From Callorhinchus milii (taxonomy: Eukaryota), in contig NW_024704743.1 in NCBI RefSeq assembly GCF_018977255.1, forward strand, positions 77,254,001-77,318,000: DNA of 64,000 nt. Direction: 5' to 3'. Below, in pieces: positions 11,705 to 24,956 of the stretch. Position 1 is the first letter of the stretch, and the number at the start of each line of letters is the position of its first letter. A program made the translations under genes and the position numbers. The notes beneath the pieces are model-generated. The model worked only from the letters and a program-made list of their open reading frames with translations, made no database searches and had not been told where the DNA came from.

Positions 11705-13559
11705 CCTGCTTGTGTGTTTGATCTTGTTTTACCTACAGCTCGGGTTCCTAGTCAGTTGTGTAAAGTGTTTTGACAGATATCCTCCCAATGTAATATAAAT
11801 GTAAATTGTTGTTATTTTCTGTCATTGTTTTCTCTTGTGCTCATAGTCATGTCCTTCTTTCCTCAGTTTGACAACTATGATCCTCAGTTGCTTTGCCAGT
11901 TCCATATTTCTTAAATAGGACTATTTGAATCCTCCATTCTGTATCTCTGTCCAGCTATAATGCACTGTCTGCTTCATTATTCTTGATTCTTCTTGGGAAG
12001 TCATAGGCTTTGTTTCCCATTTGTAGAATCTTGTCATTCACTCCAAACATTATATTGCTCAGTTCTTGTGGTTAAGTTCCTATTTTAGCTCAGAACCAGC
12101 CTGGAATCAGCTTACATACAAACGACTATATCTCTTCCCACTGGATTAGTTTCAAGCTGTTTTAGCTCAGTTCCTGGAGGTAATTCAGACTGGTGCCAAA
12201 ACGTGGTCTGGTTTCTGTTTGGGTGCAGTGCACCCTGTTTAAAAGGCTTCTCCCAGGTCGGTTTGATGTCAGATGTGTAGCTGTTCTAAATTAAATTTAC
12301 TGTGTAAATGGTGAAAACTGTGTTGCACCATGTTACAGTTGAGTAAAATTGTTCTTCTCATGCCACAATAGCCAGTTTGGTTGTGGAAATGATTTGTACA
12401 AACCTTTAAAAAGGAGATAGGGATCCAAAATGATCTAACATCCCTCCTATCCAATATAGTGCCACTTGGTAATTTATATTATTTAATGCATATTCTGTTT
12501 CACCAAGAAACACACCTAGATCAAATTTATTTCTGTACACTACATCTGAACCAAGTTTGATCACTCGTGTCCAAGTGTTTTCTGATTTCCAGAGCTGCGG
12601 ATTATTTCAAACAGTTTTTAATTCCTATCAGTGACCACTCCTGCAACTGCACCAATCGAGTTTAGTTCATAGTGACTCCAATATGAGTTTGTTTTGTAAG
12701 GAAGGTTTGACATAGAACCAGCCTTGTGTGCAGTCTGTGGTGTTTCAGTTTCATAGCTAGTCTGATCTGTTTAAACTGGTCACGTACAGCTGCTGAACAC
12801 TGAACATGATGCAATAATGTCATGTTCAAAAAACCTGTTTTAATGACACTTCAAATGTTAACTCACACTATGTGTTTTCTCTGATCTGTAGGCCTTCTCT
12901 TCTGCCCTTCTGGATGTGTTTAGGGAGTAGGTTCCAGGCACTCAATTTGCAAAACATTTTAATGTTGCAGTAGTCATTTCCTGTGTCTTGTACAGGTCTG
13001 AAGTGATGTTTATGGGGAAAAAAGTAGGTTGTCCTCTGTTTACAGTTTGTGTTTTTGGAGAGTGTTTTCTCTCTACTTTTCCTCTAAAAGTTATTTAATT
13101 TTATTACAGCCATTTAGTCAGTAATGGTTTTACTTCTAAATTACCTTATTTTATTGTGCCTATCTGAAATTGACAAGCAGATCAGTGGAAAAAAGGAGGC
13201 TGCCACTTTCAATTGTACTCCATTTTTTGATTAAATCTCCATTGGATTTTCAGTATTCCATTTGTTATCTGATATTTAAAGATATAAAATTCAATACAAA
13301 TGTAAGACAAGTCACAGAGATAGAGGACTTAACTTGCCAAGTGACTTTTCATGGTGACTTAACTTGGCAACTCGGACCCAACTAACATTATTTTTGTGCA
13401 TGTGTGCAATGCCTGTGTGTGTGTTCCTTTTTTTTAACTTGATGCAAGAAAAAATGTTTCTGATAACTCAACAGTGACAGGTTCTAAATACAACTCAGAA
13501 GCTAGGACTGGTCCTGTACTCAGGATTGTTTTGTGCCTGCAGTCCCAGGTCTGTGTCTC

Positions 13560-13930
13560 CTCCCTCAGCCTGATCGCTCTGCCGCAGCCGGGGGGAGTCT
13601 TGCCCCAGGCCAAACATATGCTTCTTTCCAGCAAACTAATACAAATTCACCATGGAGAAATAATTGCTCGAGTGAGCATTTTTTCTCTCAGCTTTGTCAT
13701 TCGCTCACTCAAACCGCCGAGGCACACGCCATTTAAATCAGGGGCTTTGATGCTTGTCTCTTTTTTAATGAAAACCTGGGCCCTTGTAAATGATGTGAAC
13801 GTTTAAAAAGGCTTCACGGTTCTCCATCAAATGCATAACAGTTTGGCAAATGGATGAATCCAGACAGAGAACTTTCAACAGCAACTTCAGATGGGCTGAT
13901 TGAAAAAAGAATCCTGGTAGCAGAGTCGAT
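13560..13930. promoter_or_regulatory. Candidate enhancer / conserved non-coding element
   Basis: Lies in a ~4 kb transposon-free block and retains CpGs. AP-2 motif GCCCCAGGC 13602, SOX-like CTTTGT 13692, TCF/LEF CTTTGAT 13745, TAATTG 13661. Confidence 0.55.
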
Positions 13931-15639
13931 TAAGACTTTTTCTTTTACCCTTTCTTTTTCTGACTCTCTCCCTAAAATTGATTCTCTCTCTTTCATCTGT
14001 TCCCTTTTAAAAATAAATCTCCCTTCGAATCCCTTATTTATTTGATGCTTTCTCTTTATTTGTTAAATTCTTTTCTCCCAGCTATCTAATTATTCTATTT
14101 TTCTGTTTTTGATTTTTCACTCCTCATCTTTTCCTTTTTTTAAGGTAACTTGTTTCCTTTTATTTTGCCCTGTTAAATGTCCACTCACGTTTCTTTCCCC
14201 CTCCACTCCCCATCTCTCTCTCTCGTACATACAAATTAGCTCACGTACAAATATGAAAAAAAACAATTGCCGAGGATCAGAATGAATTGAGAAAACCCAA
14301 ATCCCCAAATCCCCAGGAAACAAAGAACAACAAACCCTGTGGAGAAACATCAAAGCTTTTTGAATACAACTTTACAAATTTCTTTATTATTTCTATTTCT
14401 CCGTTTTCCAAAATATAAGAGGCAAATGATTTTTCCTTCAAAAGATAAAACTGATCCCAGTATAACGCAATGCACATGATAAACACACAGACACAATCAT
14501 TATTTTGTTTGACCTCACACAGATAGTGAAATATGAATAGCCCATTTCGGACCCATTAAACTAGATTTTAAATTCAACCATTGGCACCTTGGTGACAATC
14601 TCGAAATAAGATTTTGAAATATTCAACAATTTATCGATCCTAACAAGCCATTCAGTGCAGCCTTGTTGTTTTTCTGCTCTGCTTTATATTTACTGGACTG
14701 CGGTTCACTAAGTTTGGAATTTTCCAACATTTTAATAGTCTGTTTAACATGGAACAACTGTTATGCTGTAAGCTAGTCTAGAATTAAATAAACGTTGATG
14801 GCTTAAGACCACGCAAATATATTTACAGATTCAAAATAATTATGTTAATATAATGAAGATGGTGAAGTGCTGTGGTAATGGATTGGGTGACAGCACAGAG
14901 TTGCTGCTTTCTTACGGTGATGGTTTATCCAGCAGAGACTCCAGATGCCTCCACATTCCCCCCCCCCCCACTTTCGACAAGAGACTCTCTCGTTTAAAAA
15001 AGGAACCATTTTGGACTTTTTGTTTTTAATTATATAAAAAAATTAACTAGCGCTAGCGTACGATGAAAATAGCAAAGCAAAAAAAAACCCTTGTTACAAA
15101 TTGCACTGAGTTAGTATTACAGTACATAGTTACAATCCATGCACATTAAAGAGTGATGCTACAGCTAACATCTTGAGTTTTTTTTAGCTGTGCTGTGAGA
15201 CAAGATATTTGGCTGTAATTAAATTCCAGCTTTAACCCCTTCTCCGTTAGAAATCTATATTTAGGTTGGAACAAACTGGCCCCTGGATAGCAGTAACCCA
15301 GATTTCTGTCTGCATTTCTGCCTTCAGATTCTATTGAAACACTAGCATTTCATGCCTCATTGACACTGGGAACGAAACGCTCAGGAAGCAGAAGCAAGTA
15401 AAAATAGGAGCTTTACCCCAATTCTAAAATAGTTGCATCCATGCTTAAGAAAAAAAGACAATATTCAGGGATTGTTTCTAAACTACTAGAATCTCGTGCT
15501 GCTCTCACATCTTGTGCGTTTCCACAACCGCCTTTGAAAGAGTTAAGATTATGCACTGAAGTGGCACGAACACATGAAATGTTACAGACAATGATTTCTA
15601 TTTTTGTCCATCAGCTCCAAACAGCACAGCAGCTTTATT

Positions 15640-15960
15640 CATTTATAAAAGCTAATTAATCTGAATCGATTGTCATAATGAATGTATCCCCATTATTCAA
15701 GACAATGCAGTTCAGTTCGCAAGACAGAGCACAAACCTGGAAATGTAAACAGACAACATGCAAGATTTTTAAAATTAACAGATTGTAATTCAACTGGGCT
15801 GTACGATTAATTGTGAGTGGCTGGCAATGATATGAAAGGCATTTTAGGATCCCTCCACGGTTTCTTTTGATTTCTTCCATTTGAATATTAAAAAGGCACA
15901 CACTAACTCGATTGTCATATGAGAAAGAGGCATGTGTTTCACAAGGAGGAGCTCATTTTT
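15640..15960. promoter_or_regulatory. Candidate conserved non-coding element
   Basis: Repeat-free; clustered TAATTA/ATTAATTG homeodomain, ACAAT SOX-like and TGTAAACA forkhead motifs. Confidence 0.35.
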
Positions 15961-16003
15961 AATCCTGCATTGATCCACAATGGCTAGATCTAGATTGGTT
16001 GGG

Positions 16004-16074
16004 CTGTTTCCAGTGCCTTGGAACATCCTCCTGACGTGAAAGGCGCTATACAAATGTAATTTGTTGTTTTTGTT
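16004..16074 (+). mobile_element. L2 3'-tail fragment
   Basis: ccttggaacatcctcctgacgtgaaaggcgctatacaaatgtaatttgttg matches the tails of the longer L2 copies. Confidence 0.8.
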
Positions 16075-16154
16075 ATTAGCTCCGTCTGCTTAGTTCTATT
16101 CTGATCCAGATGTTAGGTGTTAGGTATTTTTATTTTTGGATTCCTTTAATCTCT

Positions 16155-16300
16155 CTTGAATTAGTTGATCTCACCCAGGGTTTCAGTGGGCACTAAAATT
16201 GGTCTCAGTGGTCAAGGTCTGGTTTGGAGAAAAATCAGCCCAGTTCTCTGCTCCTGATTGCAATTCCCCTTCCGGAAAATACTTGCATGTGGATATCTAA
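16155..16300 (+). mobile_element. Ancient tRNA-SINE family fragment (AmnSINE2/MamSINE1-like; name uncertain)
   Basis: ttagttgatctc..aattggtctcag..aaaaatcagcc..ctcctgattgc resembles the copies at 51420 and 56010. Confidence 0.55.
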
Positions 16301-16989
16301 GATTAGTCATTTATCTGACATGCTGAGAGCAGGACATTTTTGGGATGAATTCTGGGACCCTCCTGGTGTGTGTAGCTCAGTAGGACATCAAGAAGTACAC
16401 CCACTCATCAACACTCACAGCCTCAGATTCTATCTATACTGTATACAGGAATAGGGGATGTAACAGGAGATGAGACCCCGTCCAGCGTGGAGGCTGCTAT
16501 ATAAATCCAAGTTCTTGTTGTTGTAAAAATTTAATCTGAATCTGGAAAACCAATGAAGATGTGAGAATCCAGAGATTGAGTTCTAAAATCTGTTAAAATG
16601 GAACTTTGAATATATTGGGGGTGGTGTGGGGGTGAGGGGGAGGTGAAATTCCTAAAGATATTCTGTTCCTTAATTATTGGCATTCCTTCTTAATTCGGAA
16701 AAAGTTCATTGTCTGGACAGCAAATTAGTTAATGTTAAATCCCTAAAACCTCTTCCTGAAGGCAGGTTAGGAAATGATCTGCCCTTTCCTGATTTCTGGA
16801 GAATGGTTTGGCCAGGGGTTCATAAGATTCGGAGTCGTGTTTTTTTTAGGAGCAAGACGGCCTTTATTCCAGGCTGTTGGAGCAGTAATTAATTTGAAAC
16901 CGGTATCTGGTGAAGAAATATTGAAACGCCGCGCCAGTGGCCTGGAAAATGAATTTGAATCCTTCAATTTTCCCTGATATTGCTGGGAA

Positions 16990-17430
16990 GCATCAGCTTG
17001 GTTCAGTTTGTAACATTCTTGCCTCTGTGTCGGAATGCTGTCGGTTCTGTCTCCAGATCAAGACTTAATCGAGGCTCGGACCCTAGCTCAGAAATGGGGA
17101 AGCCCTGTGCTCTGCATTGTCCAAAGTGCAATCCTCTGAATTAAATATTAAACTAAAGTCCTCTCTGCCTATTTCAAGAAGATGTTAAAGATCCCACGAA
17201 GATTTCTGAAAATGAAGGGAGCTTCTCCCGGCTTCCAGACAACAGTTCCCCAGAGAAACTGTTCATTCACTTCATGGCTGTCCATCAGACCTTGTTATGT
17301 ATTAATTGGCTGGCATGTTTACCTACAAATACAGTCACTACATTTGCTAGCAATTATTTGTGAAGTGCTTTGCGGATTTCTCTTTGCAACATTTAAAGTG
17401 TATATCAATTGAAAGTATTATTATTAATAA
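16990..17430 (+). mobile_element. Degenerate DeuSINE-type SINE
   Basis: tRNA-like head, gatgttaaagatccca core and attattatta tail. Confidence 0.7.
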
Positions 17431-18089
17431 ATAATCTTTGTATTTGATATATGGCCTTATCATGTTACTCAGATATCTCAATGCACTTCACAGGAATATT
17501 GTAAAGTAGAGTCACTGTATATTTTGGAGGCAAATGTCATAATTTTGCTTCCCACAAATTTGAATTTTACACTGTATACATTCACAAAATGGTAAAATAC
17601 GGCTTAACCATTATTGGGTATATCATAATTTTGTTTAGTTTTTGTAATAAAAATATTGATATTTTTAGCATTCTGTTTATCAGATAATCTATTGTTTCAA
17701 TCTGCATCTACCTGTGTGCAGGTCTGGAACATAAAATAGGCTGCAGAGTCGAATGAAATTCATCTTGAATGTACTGAGCTGCAATCATAGAATCAAATAA
17801 ACTTACAGTGCAAAAGGAGGCCATTCAGCCCATTGAGTTTGCAATGAATTATAACATGGTCAGTATTTTACATGGCACCTTGTCCTTGAAGCAGGCCATA
17901 CCTTAAACTGTATCAGACCCATGCGTGGTGACCTAAAACAAAATATGGAGATTCTATCAGAACCATTAATTTTATTTACTGTGTGTTTAAACTCAATTCT
18001 GACTATAGAAATAACTACAATATCATAATTGGGTTTGAAACGTCAATGAGAAAACCCCAATTTAAATAATTCAGGCACACTTTATATTC

Positions 18090-18292
18090 TCCAATCCTCT
18101 GCCTCACCATAGGTAGGTGAGCTTTCAGCCACTTTGCCTTTGCGCTCTGGAATTTCTTCTTAAATCCCTCCAGCTTGCTTTCTTCCTCTTTACTTTCAAA
18201 ATCAGTCTAACAACTGACCTCTTTGACTGCACCTTCAGACACCTTTGAGACTTTCTTCTATGTCAGAGGCATTGTATAAGTGAAAGTTGTAT
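18090..18292 (+). mobile_element. Old L2 3' fragment
   Basis: gctttcagcc..ctctggaat..ctctttgac.. parallels the 3' ends of the younger L2 copies. Confidence 0.6.
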
Positions 18293-19904
18293 TTTTACTG
18301 CACAATCTCTTACAAATCCTTGCTCACGTTCTATTGAATTTCCATTGTTAAGTGTTTTACGTGAAAATGGTGCCATATAAATGCAACTTATTCTTAATGA
18401 CAAACATATAACTATGAATTATAATTGCCTTTGGGATATGGTGCGCCAATTACTCACACGCCAAAGAAGTAGGCCCATTTTTCAGTGGGAATTAATAAGC
18501 CAGCTATGCTATTCTAAAGAGGTACGTATTTGGTTTATGTAGGAGGTTACATTTAAATTAACAACGCAAAACAGAGAGAATTTGCTTTGAAAACACAACT
18601 GTAAAGAAGTACCATGGTGACTTAAATTTCACATCAGCTACTGATGATTTTCTACTTGTTTCCCCTCCCTAGGTGTGCTTGTTACAGTGTTTTTTTAAAA
18701 AGCCCAATTCAAGAAGGCCTAGAGTAAGTTTGCAGTGAAACACAGTCCTGTGGCTGCTGGACTGTTGCATCCAGACATTGCTTCTGTGCACACTTTAGAG
18801 TGAGTGTGTTAGCCCTTGCGTGTGATGTTACTTTGATTAAAAAAAATTGAAAAAAACATTCGTACGAAACATACCATGGAAATCTATCATTCTATCTCAG
18901 ATTTGTGAATAGGCTGAGTTTAATCTTTTGATAGTTTGCGTGAATCCTTTGCACAGACAAAAGACTTTAAATTGTATTCAATGGACTGTAATATGGCATC
19001 TCTGTGAGTTTTGATTTAAGTAAACATAGAAGAAGTCATTGAAGAGCAGTGCCAAGAAAAACTCTTTTGACTCAACTGATGTTAAGTAAAGCTCTGCTGT
19101 CACTCTATTGCATTCTTTTGATTGTGGTACTCAGGCACGCCTTGTTCTTATGAATCTTTATTTTCTTTAATATAATATATGACTCATGACAGCAAATGTC
19201 AGAAGCCAGGTTTGAGTTTACCTGTAAATGGAAGTCCTGCCCAAACCTGCATATAGCACATTTGATGCCGCATGGGAAATGTAGTTTTATTTTTATATAA
19301 AGCCTTGGCTATAAAAACTGTGCTGTGGTCTCTTTCCCATATGCTGCAGTTTCCTGTCTAACCAATTGCAGCTTGTCTTGTCTTGTTACTGTGCCTGGCA
19401 GAGTTTGTCTAAGCTCTCGAAAAACACAGCGGCATTTAACTAGTTCATCGCCAGGCTGCTTGTGCTGCCTTGGTGCTCTTTCTGGTTCTAGGAAAATCCC
19501 AGACAGTATTAACTGTTGAATGAGTTACTGCAGGCAAGGGCTAAAACTGTAAAACTGTACTGTAAATAGGCACAGCATTCTGGATGGCTGGGTGGGAGAT
19601 AACATCATAAAAAAATAAGAGCAAAAGCTTGAATGATTTATAGATGTCATATGAACGCTGAGATTAAATTACCGCCTTGTACTCACTCTCTACCATCCAT
19701 AATTTTTTTTATAATATATAATGCGGATGGGGTAAAATTAACCAGTTAGGAGGAGCTGAAACAGCATTAATCAAAGGCCGTGAGAGGGCACTGTGATATC
19801 ATCACGATTAAATGATGCTGTCAGATGATTGGCAGGAGCATGTGGGAAATAACTGATACAATACATAATTATAATGGAGAATCAAAGATTGGTGGAGGTA
19901 GAGG

Positions 19905-20190
19905 AGTCAGTGACTGGAGAACACAGATAGTCACAAAAGAACAAAAGGAGAGCTTAGGAGAAATTCTTTCACACAGAGTTGTTGGGATGTGCAATGTCCT
20001 GTCAAGCAAGGTGGTATAAGCAGAGTCCATCACAGTTTCAAGAGGGAGGTCGACAGGTAAATGGAAGATACAGATATGAATGGGTATGGGAGTAGGGCAG
20101 GCAGTGGGATTGAAAGTACAGTTTGCTCTGAGAGTTGATTCAGATGTGATGACCGAATCCTTCTGTGCTGTAAATTTCTATGATTCTAAA
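19905..20190 (+). mobile_element. CR1-clade LINE 3' fragment
   Basis: ttctttcacacagagttgttgggatgtgcaat (FF.QRVV..WN-like), ending ttctgtgctgtaaatttctatgattcta. Confidence 0.7.
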
Positions 20191-20604
20191 GAGGTTTTAA
20201 ATTTGTCACTAAAAAAAGAAAAGCGTAGTGATATCGCAATGCTATAAGATAATACCCTCCCCCTCCCCACTCACCCCCCAAGAATCATCTCTATTTACTA
20301 AATATGTGATCCGCCGGGTGTCTATCACATACGGAAACCCATCACCGTGCTTAAGAGTATCTAAATCAAGCTGAGATTTCCATGCATCCAACCTACACAT
20401 GTAAATCCCAGAGATAGATTGCTGGAATGAAATACACACTCCCTCCCTGGAGGGATGCATCTTGCTTACCTAATTCTGGAAACTATTAGGTGACGTTTGG
20501 CAGGAACCAAGACTTGGGAACCCCAGAGTGTGAGTTGGGGTACTGCTGGAGTCAACCAGATAAAAATGTATGTCTTTAATAGATAAGTGTTGATAGAACT
20601 CTCT

Positions 20605-20970
20605 CTTCTGGTTGTAGGTTCAAGCCCCGCATCGTGCTTTGAACTCATGGTCTAGGCTGACAATTCAGTACAGTGCTGGTGGGGTGTTGCATTGTTGGAA
20701 GTGCCATTTTTTCAGATGAGACATTAAACCGAGGTCCCATCTGCCTGTTCAGGTGCACATTAAAGATTCCATGGCACTATTCGAAAAGAGAAGGGAGTTT
20801 CTTCCGGTATCCTGGCCAAAAAACCTTCAAATAAAATTGAGCATTCACTCCATGGTTATTTGTTGGCCATTGCTGTGTCCAAATTGGCTGCCACCTTTGC
20901 CGACAAAATACACAGTCACATTTATTTACAATAAATCCTGTGAAGCGCTTTGAAACACCCTCCTGACATG
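20605..20970 (+). mobile_element. DeuSINE-type SINE
   Basis: Core cagatgagacattaaaccgaggtcccatctgcctgttcaggtg..aaattggctgcc. Confidence 0.85.
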
Positions 20971-22139
20971 TTTGTTTTACGACCTTCACAAATCTTGAGA
21001 CCCATATTCAAGAGATTGGTTGCTTTTCAAGTGCTAAAATGTTGTCTCACATTCCCTCTTGTCCAATTTTAATAAATGACTATGTTAATTATAACATATA
21101 ATTATAGCTGTTTGCTGAACAGTAACATTGCTCTGTGCATTAAAACAAGATTATAATGAATTTCCAAAGCAGAATTATAAGAATAATAAGCGAATCAATA
21201 TTTTACTTTCATGAATCCAAACCTCTTGAAGTTGATCCTAACTAACTGGATATATTTTTGATGGAACTCCACCTTCTCTAGAAGCAGAAATAAAGCAAAG
21301 TATTTCTGCCTCATGAAAACCTGAAACAAATCAGAGGTAAATTATTGTTGGTGCTGACATTAAGACGGACCAGAACTGAACACAAACTTCACGAACATTG
21401 GGTAACAGTACTTCTTGTTTTTAATGCTTGTTACACAAAACACAAAGTTTTGGTTGACTGTTTACTTCACTTGACCATCACAATGGTGGCTTCTGTGCTG
21501 TGGGTTTGCAGGTCTTACACAATCGATCACTTCCAGCAAGCAGAATACTGTCAGATGATTGACAAAAGAATAACTGATAGATGGAAGTGATTCCAATAAA
21601 TATTTATAATGGAGAATCAGAGAGGCATTGAATTTACTATTGAGGAGGTGAAGAGTGTGCATCAATAGCATTGTGAGGCACTTACACCATTACTAAACTA
21701 TTGCGGGTCTAATTCATTAGGAGTTGTTAAGACTTGAATTCTACACGTACCCGGTTGTATCTCACATCGACTCACTCTTGCAATCTTCTGCCACATGCCA
21801 GGCACCTCCTTTGGCTGCAGGGAAATCAGAAATTAGATTGGCATCAGAGTGGAATTCTGGGTGGGTCGGAATGAGGCACAAATTGGTGCCTGCAGAATTC
21901 GATATTTGCAAATTCTTTTTTCCTGCATATCTGTTGTCTGAATGGCTGCACTCCATTTACATGGTAAACACAGCCCAGCTACACAGCCATGTAAACTAAA
22001 TAGAGAAATGGCACAATAGCACTGAACATTATTGACTTCATTGTCACGTGGTGCAGGGTGAACTCTAGACACCCCCCTTCTCCCTCCCCCCTTCCCCAAC
22101 CCAATCACAAACAAAATAGGATCACGCTTTCCTATTCTA

Positions 22140-23000
22140 ACATTCTATTGAGATAATTGCTTTGTGATAAACATAGCCGCATCTTCAGTGTGACTTTGTT
22201 TATAACTGCGAGAGGATGCTACATTTATGAATTCCCAATGTGCGATCTTGTGAACCCTGCTGTATTATAAAGTGATTGCAGATCACTCTGTTGTGCGGTT
22301 ACATTTCACAATGTCAAAGTTTCATTTTGTGCAGCTTGCGGTGCTTTGCTTTCCCCTCCCCACATCTCTGAGACATCAGTAGGCACAGTGGACGCCATGC
22401 CCCAGATCGTCGATTTTACATGGTAACAAAAACACAGCACCCAATGTCTGACTAAATTAATAGACATGATAATTTCACACCAAAGGAGGACATTATTTCA
22501 TCTAAGTGCTATCTGCTTCATCACAAAGGGTCATACCGCAGCTGTGGCAAGCCTAGTGTTATTATGAAGTTTGATGATAGAATCCTTTTGCCATCTAAGC
22601 ACTTACCTTTAGGCTAGCAATAGCTCCAGGCAAAGCCAGTGCCGCCCATGATAAAGGACTTACCCAGTGTGCAGGAGATGGAGCAGCTTTGAGCCGGGTA
22701 GTAATCAGCTCCAGACGCTGCAGCAGCTTGCTTTTCCAGCTAACTTTCTGCCAAATCTTCTTATCCATTTTTCTCACCTTCTGCCTTTGTCCTGCAAAAC
22801 AAAAGACGTGGTCGTCTGATTTCTTGTCATCGGGAATCACGTTTGTAAAGTTAAAGACAGTTGTAGTTGATGGATTTCTAGTGTCAAGGATTTGGAGTCC
22901 GGGAGCTGTGAGACAATATATTAACCACATCCCATCATCTGCTAATCACATTACAGTTTAAATGAGCATGTGTAATTTCACCCATCAATGATTTATTTCA
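22140..23000. promoter_or_regulatory. Candidate conserved non-coding block (contains an antisense exon-like unit)
   Basis: Repeat-free and high complexity; several ACAAT/ACAAAG, TTTGAT/ATCAA and TAAT motifs. Confidence 0.4.
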
Positions 23001-23983
23001 TCACTGAAGAACAATTACCAGTCTCACATATATTCCAACCACAATATTATTTTCAGATGTAAGGAAAGTATGGAAGGGGGGAGGGAGGGAGGGAGGGAGG
23101 GGGAGGAGAAGATTCTTTATATGCACAAAGGACACATGCACTTCCTCTGTCTTGTTGAAACGTTTGTGTTAAAATCTCCAACCTCCGCCTTACATCTAAT
23201 AGGCAGGTGCCCAAAGTATAAATGACATGATATTTCCAGGCACTCAGCACATTACAAAATTAAAAGTAAATGACCATTACCCCACCCCACCCCTGAATAT
23301 TTTAATACAAAATCTTGCATTTTTCCCAGAATTGTAGGACGGAGAGAATTAAAAACTGTTTATTTTTCTTACAGTTCATTAAAACTGGCATCCCATTAGT
23401 GTCATGCTCCATATTGACTCCTCTTCTGAAAACAAACAAAATCTGTTTTGGTCAGGAAGGAAGGGGAAGAAAAGAGGCATCTAAGATTAAAACAGAGAGG
23501 AATTCTTGGACTTGTTTTGAAAAAAGTAAAGTCAAAGGCTTTCATTCTTCCAATCTGATTGGTTCTGGATCTGTGTAACAAAGGGAAAAACTGCATTCCC
23601 AACAAACTGATGAAGTGTTTCATCCATTTCAAAGGAAAACAACTAATCTTAAAATGACCACATTAATGCACAATGCTTGCATTCCCTGATAGCAGCAGTG
23701 AGGCTGAGCAGAAAATATGGTTTCCCTGGAAAATACTGTATTGATGACATTTGTTTAGCTGCTAGAGAACACACACATCACTTTTCTTTTTCATTCAGAC
23801 TGGGATATTTTAGGCCTATAATGTAAAGCCACCATGTGGCAATTGTGGCTCTACAATTAACAGATTAGAGTGATAAAGAGGTTCAACTGCTGGAGGCAGG
23901 CAATAGCAGGACAACCTCCCTGGGGCCCTATGGGTTGGAGTGGGACGTACCATTGATGCTTAGGTCAGATAATCTCTCTGACA

Positions 23984-24016
23984 CCCACCCCACCCCCCCC
24001 CCACCACCGCCCCCCC
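23984..24016 (-). repeat. C-rich low-complexity tract (G-quadruplex potential on minus strand)
   Basis: Four runs of three or more C with short spacers. Confidence 0.7.
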
Positions 24017-24714
24017 TTTGCCCTGAAGCACCTTACAAATACCTGCTCAATATTCTGGTCTATTGCTGGGCTATGTCTGTAACACAGAGATACAAAAGCT
24101 TCTAAAGATCCTCAAAAAGAGTAACATCTGTTAAACTATTCATAAGCGAATATATTTGAGAATTATCGTTTACAGTGACAGTGGTGAATGTTGAAAACAT
24201 CAGACCACATTTAGTTATTACAAAACAGATGGCCTCACATCCATCCATTAAAAAATTCTGTCACAAAACTTAATCCCGAAGTCATAATATTGCCATACCC
24301 AGGTCTGTTCTTGTTTTTATTTATTCTGAAATGTCTTCAAACAGAGCTCTAACTACTAACGGGACACCCACAGCATTCACAGCTCACTTCCAGTCCACAA
24401 CAATGGAGTTCTAAAGAGGGATTTAAATCAAGCACAGTGATGCCAATTCTGTATTAGGACAGATTCAAGAAGTGTGTTTGATGTTACAGATGTAATCTGA
24501 TTTAAAGGACATGTGTGCATGTTGGTAAATAAGGGGTATGTGGGGTTGTGTGTTTGGAGGACGGTGGTGGTGAGGCAAAGCACTGAAAGGCAATTGGAAT
24601 CTGAAAAGGCCAGTGTAATGTGAACAGGATTGCTCTCTGCAAATACAAATCAAAATAAGTAAAGGTTCAAGGAAGCAATTGACTGCTTACCTGGTGTCAG
24701 TCTGCCTCAACAAT

Positions 24715-24872
24715 CCCCAGGTTAAAATTGATCATTCACTTCATGGCTGTTTCGGGATCATTGCTGTGTGCAAAATACATGGTCACTACACTTTATAATA
24801 AATCCTGTGGAGCACTTTGTGACGTGCTCCTGGTGTGGAAGGCACTATATCAAACGCATTATCATTATTATA
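24715..24872 (+). mobile_element. DeuSINE-type SINE 3' half
   Basis: aaaattgatcattcacttcatggctgttt..ggcactatatcaaa..attatta. Confidence 0.75.
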
Positions 24873-24956
24873 ACTACTGAGAGATGGAGGTACTAGCCAC
24901 AAAGTGGAGAAGGCAACCCAAGCTAGAAACCCATGCAGCATTACATAACACCCCTA

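Noticed and set aside
11461..11721. Repeated small-protein family (MGKFPYST.. also at 24874, 30102)
   Set aside because: Chance translations of the same SINE.
16767..16967. FNISSPD resembling a short motif I recall from OFCC1
   Set aside because: Wrong strand for the expected synteny, no flanking similarity and no splice sites. I found no convincing OFCC1 exon in the window.
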